Positions 36,101-43,400 of a DNA stretch of 64,000 nucleotides are shown here, one piece after another (position 1 is the stretch's first letter; each line of letters begins with the position of its first letter). Position numbers and translations under genes: made by a program. Below the pieces are notes generated by a model. It searched no databases. It was not told the origin of the DNA and saw only the letters and a list, made by a program, of their open reading frames with translations. This stretch comes from Dimorphilus gyrociliatus (lineage: Eukaryota > Animalia > Annelida). The DNA lies in contig CAJFCJ010000010.1 in the NCBI GenBank assembly GCA_904063045.1, positions 310,001 through 374,000 on the forward strand, written 5' to 3'.

Positions 36101-36137
36101 TTCTGCCAAATCCTGATAAATCAATGAAATTATCCAT
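27168..36137 (-). CDS. Intronless giant NLR: death-fold-like N-terminus, NACHT, about 75 RI-type LRRs (NLRC3/NLRC5-like architecture), 2989 aa
   Basis: A single 8970-nt ORF, with an in-frame stop just upstream of the ATG. Walker A ILIQGPPGMGKT (35568-35591), Walker B IILFLDSADQ (35319-35333), sensor-1 VVWSR, YSTPLF and winged-helix FIHSSIQAFFAS. These are followed by alternating LxxLxLxxNxIxDxG and LxxLxLxNCxFGxxG repeats. Confidence 0.93.
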   Translation of the reverse strand: MDNFIDLSGFGRKNAVINIYKDKFREVLSDEDVLKFVLELKERKFLTESFIEEIQRNVDTSTFLNLHCFNVLFQKLLYLETLEVTDSLSSIRNFEYKNLANLINGTWLNAAEAITENAKKKFSIVSTSLFEKDTQSIEDLSIPMTIIGLKTVGNQQEIIDGFDDSNYIVSVLKDDYKRILIQGPPGMGKTIHAYSLIMLWVRRAYHMIRIEMILHLSLDKITKKQSLMDAIWEQNFSQVPWLTKEIMIHLLNEKASNTRASRNIILFLDSADQFQLVDNEIYDLIEGKDFPFPIVVWSREWRAVQIRDNFDAVFQLNGFHDSQLENYLNLQLEENRGAEIIEYIQLKKIDPSFYSTPLFGFLISKIWKEKEGTLPENKFSIYEQFIQIICKKNRVDTTSNEFKSVFKYFSKISFDTINKDRIILSDAFQSKDGMMLEKGNDYFNGLLYIINNNLQLPTATCEIKFIHSSIQAFFASNYVIKRLNSFTNQQNFTNYLQTLFNNEKEFIGNYLNVMDFVKYKDERAYNRIITDVGQLIGSKDLIVKRKGLSALKLNKKKISNRLLITIIKQRWKSIEELSFKHVQFDWNCFTNLSLNMLYFNLKSFEMEGCIENSENKHQLSGIIKKFNKLRIIKVYNNIVEYDTIQIYLQLVFYLCKFINNLKGILLTNDFQKSSRLINFIRMVSDKQFNSIDKNEHLITLQQLIGQLEFLLKSNDKNIEINRKSVEIMKNIRNNQLCKNNDLDFFLRNNYMQKLLLEQNISIANYGYYYKLCKLKLCKLDSDGVVNFSKSLDNFKTLQIFQFSNNFVGDIAAKILFKILSNFQDDLTELNIQNTYFTIESIQELLAVIEKQRHLSALNISDNWISDNGAIKIFNTLSKCSSALTSFNVSNCGFGIPGAKKLAESFRLFSNSLKILNISGNSIKDDGAVAVFKSLKQCKHLEELYIENCDFGIIGLESLAKLIGDSSNLRIVNKLDELTKFNGNTQLNDFSSLINYITENMSMWTDINYPITLEKIPFLGKACKLLGDQTAITFKDDLSEDQWSAVIIALKNFAHIITTLKISTNLPRGRKIGEVFLHLSNLSLLDIGNIKIKDEGAMNLFRSVSKINKNLTEIYAYNCGFSVEGTNALSKAISNLPQLEILSIYGNPITDLGAKSLFEVIGEFNEKLISLDINKCQITEKGALKIADALSKLKVLKNFICNDNPIQDEGLIAISDALSIGSGTVEIIGLKNCGFGYNSVTKLANGLKNLTNLRILFINFNGIGENGIKCLQTVISESKSLKALYIGNTGLNTNGAECLSSSFEHLSNLTELSLPNNTSKDQGSIALFRAISKFNHNLVKLDVKNSLFGPPGALELSETLQYLEKLQTLVLEGNNIKEDGAVSIFRALASSNANLNELLIGNCGFGLIGAAELSLALRKMPKLKTLSLSNNNLTDKGSIEIFQGILNTNHNLKDLLIKNCGIRSNGIIILGQTIKKLPLLETLDIQDNHLDEVAACSFFSSISPVSYSMQKLYINNCNLGPKSGLELIKSLEYLPNLHSLYINDNPFKDKVISNFLTKISELNEKLVELNVSNCNFSSCGSQKISKVIKKLPRLSFLDFGGNCIPYQVVKLILDEIEETGIDLDSLNLTNCQLNSHIIKKIVNTLKALPNLHRIIFHNVLFEDNEANRLFSIISQFNTNLQEISLRHCNLNSTKADELSKMLMNLIDLVAINFDSNYLMEEVANKVFSSIYSEKIILLSLEDCHLEVNEAIKLGDTLKNFQNLKRLNLNNNSIKEEGAKAIFNTISESNLKLEELEIGNCSFGLAAAKSLSSTLKNLPELRILNLNNNLIKDEGAYKIFKVFYDFNNKLSEISLDGCQFGCSTAIKLAKTLRSLPNLTKLVCCNNPIKDEGLKAVIESLLVANNKLSHLDVYNCALTKNGIRRLSDILQKLKYLRNLVIGSNRLENDGINMISYNLSSEAILQKLILNDSSFGSLGARHLVSSLKYFTNLSELNLSDNPIKDDGIIAIFTKISPKHLEKLYLENCNFGKLGAIELSKCLSHLKELKILNINQNRIKDEGIISIFDILASNHEKLQEIYAKDCSFSSKAAIEISKLLENFTDLNQLCLSNNRLENRGTKAIFSAISKYNHKLRVIQMSNCSIGIDGIAEFAVALQNLTFLEEIDIQANFIYDEGAQKFFSSFSKKNTKLTHLNANYCSFTEKSINDLAKSLKVLKNLTFLSLNGNLVNDAGIVELFSEIPKDSVNLRHVLVANCGYTAKGALKLAEAVSHLKKLEILRFESNPIKENGIKTILSSIVEGKSKLKELVLYKLESECLAITDVVKVLMVIPDLKELYLSDNRLSHHHLVYQAIQLVNHRIEKLYLENTNMQANDVQDLVYALKNLSELKILVLNHNPILNLGIKLLSQTIIEWNQRLEELCLNNCNIEFAGVTDLNEAMIKLRNLRVLSLNDNSLTDQGAENLFKSLSVWNINLEELNVAKCNFGHYGAKSLGKILKNLSKLKILNISNNFIENDGAIGVFNSISNNNSNKLEELRIVNCGIEVAGAKSLAGALKKSPKLRILSINDNSIRNEGSFEIFQVFSNNNKYLEELYASSCKIGLNGGFKLAESLKQLAYLKVLSIDNNCFDEDSSCSILSSISSRSRNMEALYLNHCNLGFSAAYELSKSLGKMPDLREIRLNDNPIMDEGATHIFSSILKYNHLLTDLIMNSCQIDAHGAVELAKALRNIPYLEVFDISSNSIKDTGATALFVSISQTNTKLNTLAVRECDFTVEAALQLAKTLKNLPNLKRLAFNNNFIGDRGSSSIFSSVLKTENKLCELYVDGCQISTEGVKQLAEIVQNLKQLKIINLSNNKINDKGAAKLFSILSKSNRNLKELYASCCNFGIKGAISMAEMLKNIPDMRKLSFNGNEVNDEGASVLFRTITNFNKKLVKLEAGSCNFGYVTAMELMENLEKLPSLRILSIQNNSIKDDKINVLNKTFANSKRKIQQFNV

Positions 36138-37328
36138 TGTATAACTTTGTTTTTACCTGCCAAAAAAAATTACAACGAAACGATTATAACATCTAAATAA
36201 GATATAGAGATATTCATCAATACCTATACATATTTCTATTAAATAAATATATAGACATAATTTAAATAAATAAACTATTTAAATAGTCTTGTATTAATTA
36301 AATAAAAACATTTAAATGCATTAAAATAAGGAGAAAAAATTTTTTTTACATGTTTAAACTTGTAGGATTTTTTATTTCTTACAAGTTTATTACTTCACGC
36401 ACACACGTATATATACTAACATATATATATATAAACGGTATATATACTGTATATATATTATTATATCTAAAAACCTTTATTCTATAGGCTTTAACCTGTC
36501 AATTACTAAAAAATAGGAAATAATAATAATCCCAAGTGAATAGTAGCAACTATATTAGAAGAAAAAGTGAAAGGGGAGAAAACTATGCACAAACCTTTAC
36601 TAATGAATAGCTTGAATCGAAATGGCTAAAAGAATAGAGGATAGGTCGACAGATGAGAGAAAATATAATAAAAAAGAATATTGAGAGAAGAAGACAAGAG
36701 ATAAATAGTTTATATACATATATATATGTAAACAATAGAAATTACAATACTACATATATATATATATATATATACATACTAATATATATATATATATATA
36801 TTATTGGTACTAAAGAGCGTAGACAGAGAAATAAACGTTTAACAAATCTTTATAAATACCTTATGTGATGGAAACTAAAAGGAGAGGTTGGCTGAATATT
36901 ATTATTAGTTAATCCAACATAATACGCATATTTTTAATAAATGCCAATAGATCCTTTATGACTAAGGTAAAGATTTCTTTTGTCGGATTATTCAATAAAA
37001 AACAAGCCGTAGGTTTTTTTTTTAATATTAAAATAAATTTAAAGTTTTGTTTTTAAGTGTGATATATGATAGAGGGCGTTCCTATTGCTTTTTTGCTTTT
37101 TCCCTCCTCCATATAAAGTCGATAGATTTTTTGCCTACAATCAATTTACTTTAGGTATATTTGTTAATTGAATGTAAATTGAAGGTATTTTTTAATTGTC
37201 AATACAAATAAAAGGTTATATTTGCAAATTCTAATTAAAAATGATTAGATAGAAATATGTGAAGATATTATCTACTTCTTCTTCTTCTTTTTCTTCTTCA
37301 ACTACTACTACTACTTTTAAAGTGTTCT

Positions 37329-38392
37329 CTAAAGTTCGTCATTGTCACTTGGTTTCTTTTGCTTATTATGATTTTCATCTCCTGTATACATAGTTATATA
37401 TTTAGATATATATTAGTATTTAGTATTTAAATTTTAAAAAAGAAATATGTCTTACTCGTCTCGCATAATTCCCCTAATATAGCTTTTATATGAAATGTAA
37501 AACGCTTATTTCGACCTTTACATTCTTCTAAGGCATCATTTGTACAATCCCACCAATGGCAGACATTTTGTAAAGATTCACACCTTCGCCTAGTCTTCTG
37601 ACAGGGATCGGAACAAATGGATAATTTCATTGATTTCATAGATTTAACGTAAAATTTTTGATGAGAATTTTTGCATTTTGGCGATTTCATCGATTCTTCT
37701 AAACAAGACACAAGCTTGTCTAATTTGGAACAGTCAGCCTTAACATTATGTGATAAACTTTTCTTATCATCGTATTTCTGCGTTTTACAATTACTAACAA
37801 GATCATCGCATTTATCGTCATCATCTTTGTCCTCCTCATCAATATTCAATCCCTTTCTCCTACCTACGGTTAATAATATACATATCTGAAAAATGATATT
37901 TTTATATTTAAACTAATACCAACCAAACGGTGAGAAAGTTTTAAACACTCTATAATTTCCATGGCACTTTCCTAAGGCTTCTTTTGTGCATTGGTTATAT
38001 TCTTTATTACTTTTAACATCATCACATTTCCTTCTTGATTTAATACAATCCGCGGAGCATATTTTGTCAATTTCTTTTATAAAATTAAGGGGTTTCCTTA
38101 CTTTACATCTTTCATAGCTATTATCAACACAGGTTGAAACTTCTAAAAGAAGTTGGCAGGATTCTTCTACATTATTCCTGTTACCTTGAAATTTTTCTTG
38201 TAAAGTAATACAATCCCAGATAAAATTTTCTTCCTGACAATCTTTACTATCTTTAGGGTCTTTACCGTCAGTTACTACTAGAAATATATAATATTATCCA
38301 CATAGTATCGATCTAGCTAATTGGTAAATAATAAGAAAGCAACCTATTAGTAATATCTGTAGAGATAGAGCAAAAAAAGTGATTAACTTCAT
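37329..38392 (-). CDS. Uncharacterised 287-aa signal-peptide protein with two tandem Cys-rich modules, an acidic linker and C-terminal NDEL
   Basis: Exons 38392-38344 (MKLITFFALSLQILLI), 38277-37920, 37859-37456 and 37381-37329 (...KKPSDNDEL*). Introns of 66, 60 and 74 nt are GT-AG; total 864 nt, in frame. The ORF track shows only exon 3. Confidence 0.8.
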
Positions 38393-40012
38393 CTGGCACG
38401 TTAAAAGTTGAACTTGGATATATTTGAAAAATTAACTTTTTATGAATTTATATAGCCCCATATATTGATAAAAATTTCATATTTTATTAAGTTGTAGATA
38501 ATCTATTGTAAAGTAGGCTAGAATTGAAAGATTATCAGTTTGTTATATACTTTTTAAATGAATAGAGAAAATAAAAGACTTTATGTAATAAACTAAATGA
38601 ATGTAAATATATAGTTACTATTTATACTGTATGTATTGTATATGTATACATATCTATAGACTATATGAATTAAACATTTCTAGTACTATAGATCTATTAA
38701 TAAAGCAATTTCTTTATCAATTGAACTCTGAAATAATAAAAAAAAGAGAATCCACCATATACACTACGGTACTCTTGTATAATTTTTACAATCTGTTACT
38801 AGCATTGTAAAATTGTCTACCTGTTTCTCTTTTAATCATTAATTAATCCTATTTTTTTAAGCTTTTATTCCAATAAAAGAAGAATAATTTTGTATTTTGC
38901 AAGAAATTTTATTCATTTTTATCTATGTATTTTCAATCCAGCTTTTTTAACGTATCAGGTTAGAAAGGTATTGGATAATTTTTGAAAACTAAACTTAAAA
39001 GATTTAGGGCGATAAATCTCATTTTCTTTTAAATATAATATAAACAAAAAAAGAAATTATTGATAATCCAATACCTTTTCCTTTTTCCCCACCATCCACG
39101 TCCATCCGGATAATTTTATATTTTTTTCGTTTCTTATCTCACAAATTATATACTTTATACGACACGTTTCTCTCCATGTATAACAATCAACAAATTAAAG
39201 AAATAAAACGAATAGCAAAAAAAAGAACCAATATAACATAGTGACAGCAATTTATATTCATATATACGTTATAACATATAAAACGCAATATATTCTTGTA
39301 TATAGATATATAAATTTACTAAATTACATAAAGGTTAGTATACGTGCAGTATAGTATTTTAATTCAACATTTACTTAGAAACATAGAACAATGTATATTT
39401 AGAAGTGTTTGTTTTTTTTTTTGCTTTGCACGCATCCTATTTTGTAACATAAGTATAATAATGAATTTGTTAAAAACTTAATAGAATTTACTTTTGCTGC
39501 TGTGCGCGGATTCGATAACGCAAAACGAGTCGAATAAATGTTCAAACAAATAAAAAAAAATTGCGAAAAAAAAACAAAAGAAAAGAAAAAAGTCTTCACA
39601 CGTAACGTACACACATACTCAAAATATCAGAACAAAAGAACTCTCATTAATTCATGAAATATCTTAACTCGCGCTTATTTTCGTTTTGTATAACTTTTTT
39701 ATTTCTTTTCTCTTTTCTTTTCTTTTGCTTTAAAAAAAAAAAGTTAAAAACAAGCTTTTGAAAAAAAAAAGGAAAAAAAAATTTTAAGAGTTTTAAACGA
39801 GATCACATTTAAAAACAATTCACTCAAGCATTAGAAAATTTTTTATCGGCTCATTTGCATATACGAAAAACTGCACAGGGATTCTTGAAAACGATCAACG
39901 AGCATGAAAAAAATAAATAATAACAATAAAAAATCTCGTAACGTTATGTAAAACTGGGCCGCATTTGCTTTAATATTAGTATGTCTTTTTAAATGTAAAT
40001 TTAAGTGTATAT

Positions 40013-40015
<3 letters not shown>

Positions 40016-40062
<47 letters not shown>
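40016..40062. repeat. (TA)n microsatellite in the PAN3 3' flank; similar TA runs occur near 2855, 21180, 25110, 36750, 52990 and 54130
   Basis: Uninterrupted TA run seen directly. Confidence 0.9.
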
Positions 40063-40065
<3 letters not shown>

Positions 40066-40413
40066 ATTTTATAAAAGCATGGGTATATATTTATATCTAT
40101 ATATCCATAAATTCATATTTTATGTATATATATATATATATATATACATATATATACAGATGTTAATATCGTGGAAGAATTACTATGGTTTATGAAACAA
40201 TTATATAGTTTTAAAAAAATGCACATATTTTTTGGCTTAATAAAGAAAAACTTCATTAGATTTTTTTTTTATATCAACAGAAAAAAAAACGAGAATAAAA
40301 ATATTGCGGTTTTTTTTTTTAACATAATATTCTATAAGAAATTATACAATTTAAAAAAAATAAAGCTGTTTCATCACCATATTATTCTTACAGATCGGTA
40401 AAATTCTATTGAC

Positions 40414-43400
40414 TTAGTAGTTTAAACTACTAGGCGGTGTTAATAATTCATTTATAACTGTTTCAAAACATTGTTTCAATTCCGCATAGGTAACAAGTAG
40501 TACGCTTTGTTCATCACGCGAACTCAGACAAATTCTTTCGCTTGAACCCGCATCCAATTTATTCAAGCAATTGACGATATGAGCCAAATCCACCCACGGT
40601 ACACCATTTGAATCCACTTGATGGAACAGATAGTCCCTAAATAGTTTCAACATATAGCGATCTCCTGTTTCTGACCAAGCTGGATCCATTTGATGCTCTC
40701 CTCGTTCATTCGTTAACCCTAGCTTGGCTATGAGTCGGAAAAGACGACCATTCTCAATTTCCTGTCATAAGTAAAGATTTCTTTGACTCATTGTATAATG
40801 GAACTAATTCAATTTCATATCTGGGCACATTATCGCAAAGAAGTTGGTATATTTCTAATTTATATTAATACTAGCAGCTTGTATTACGTTAAAAGATTCA
40901 ATATACCTTGGATAGTTCATTTTCTAAAACATCTCCACGCAATTGAGCAGCATCTAACTGAGTGTAGAATCTGGCTCCAATCATAGGCATTATATCATTT
41001 ATAGATCTTGGAGATCCCCTCGATGGACTAAGCAAGTAAACGATAACATTCCGTAGATCCGTTGAATAATTTCTTGACACCAATTCGATAGAAGCTGATA
41101 CTCGATCGCGTTGTATTCCAGCAACTGAATTACATGCCAAAGCCAAAATAACCTTTCCCAGATAGGTTAAGTCCTCTTGCTATAACGGAAGAGATGAAAG
41201 AAGGGAGAAAAGGAAAGAAACAAAATTATTAAATATCAGATAGTATTAATTAGATGTATAAATTCAAAAAGAAACAATATCTGTATACTATATATGTATA
41301 TAAATGCATATATAGGCGATATAGTGTACTGTATATAGTACTATTAATTTAGTAGCAGCTTTATAAAAATTAGTACTATTCATATTACAGGAGCAGCTAT
41401 TTCTTTAAAATTCAGTATATAGAAAAGATTGAAAAGAGCTCGACCAATAGATAATTGATGGCAGTTTAATTAAAAACAATAATTAATGTGAAATAAATAA
41501 TAAAACACTCGAAACAGAAGATTGAAATTTTTTTGAAAAATATACGTTTCAAGACTATAAAAAAGGTCTTGCTAAAAACCTGATAATGTCTGATCCTTTG
41601 GTCCGAATGTCTGACATCAGTGCGTGCAGGTGAACCGCTCTGACAACAATATATAGTGCATGAACTACAAATATAGACTACAAGCAAAAATAGGAATTTT
41701 CTTAACGTTTATAAAATAAGAGATAGAATGTTGTCCTAATGAAAATTATTATATATACAATAAATATACAGTATATATACAGTATATATATAAATATTAT
41801 ATTACGTATTCAAAGACAAAATTTTAAGACAAATAAATATCATTGTTGTCTATTTTGACAGTTTAAGGTCACTTATGATTAATTATTCTGCTCATCCCTT
41901 TTTAGTCTTACAAATCTCTTGAAGCAGTTTTTCCAAGGTTATTAAAAACATATTTTTATTGACTTTATATTTTAAACTAAGTAAAAGATTCTTATATCTT
42001 TAATTAAACTTTAATAAGAAAGTAGGAAGAGAAATAACAAAAAAAAACGTATAACAAAACTACTAAACTCAATACCAAATAGCTATATAATCATCTTACC
42101 TGATAATGGGATGTTACTGCAGCTGGATTGGCTCCTTGGTTTGCATCAAATGTTAGGACATCCATCATACCAACGCAATTGAACCGAATCCTACAATTTT
42201 CAGAAATTTATAATAATTAAAAGTAGTGGTAACTTTTATATTTATATCTTATAATTATTCACCTGGATTTATCTGTGATGATAATCTTGGACGGATCAAC
42301 CACTCTACAAGCTAACCCATTAGAATGCATCAATCTTAGAGCGGACGATAATTGAACAACGTAAGACCATAAAATATTTTCAGGAAGTAAAACTGGCTGT
42401 CGACCCCCATCAGCCAGATTCGGTCCTTTGGACAAGTGTTTGCCCATAATTGTTTCAGAACCCGGATGATAATCATAAGCAAAGACTATAGCTATAAAGA
42501 AAATATTTATAAATTATTATCTTTGAATAATATTAAACTGATATAATCTGATTAGTTCTCGCAAACTTAATTAATATCTAAATTTTTTTTTCTTTATTTA
42601 TCATTTAGTAAATACATGCAAAAGTAGATAAATGAAATTTCAGAATACGATCTCATTTCATATTTATATGAAAATACAATAAGGGAAACTTACAATGATC
42701 GTGAAATGCCTTAGTTGTAAAAACATGACGTAGTGTCACAATATTCGAATGTTCTATGGCCTTCCAGGCATCAACCAGAGCAATTGATTTTGGTTGAGTT
42801 AATCGAAAACCTAATGAATGAAATATTTCAAAAACAATAACTTTAATTATTAGCAAATACCAACCATGAACTCTCCTAAGGCAATAAGTGTAACTATCTT
42901 TAGTATTTACACCTTTATAAACAGATGTCGTATAGCCAAACAAAGTTGATGTCTTATTCGTATTTGTTTGTGGAGGTTCTAAAGGATAAATTTGAGTAAA
43001 ATTGTCGACATCTCGAGGAATATCTGTATGTTGCTCCGGATCAATTGTTAGCAATGTAAGAGCTTGCTTTCGAAGAATCTCCGATTTAAGTTCATCGGGA
43101 ACAAAAAATCCAGATTGATTGCCAAGTCTCTCTTTCATATGGGCTACATGCGGTAACGGGCCAGGATGCGCTGTATAGTTTGGTATAATCTGATAAAGGA
43201 AAACGAAAAAAAACAAAAACAAAATAAAATTTTTCAAGGTAAAAAGTATTTTAATAATATTTACAATGCCCGGTTGCTGCTGGTGATTTTGCTGCTGAGT
43301 TTGCTGCTGGTGATGATCCATATCAGGGTAATAATTATAATAAGTCGTACCTCCAACATTTTCTTGCTGTTATAAAAATGAACAAACAATTATTACAGTT

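Noticed and set aside
37814-37840. EEDKDDDDK resembles a FLAG tag or enterokinase site
   Set aside because: Part of a natural acidic linker with host-like codons; coincidence, not vector contamination.
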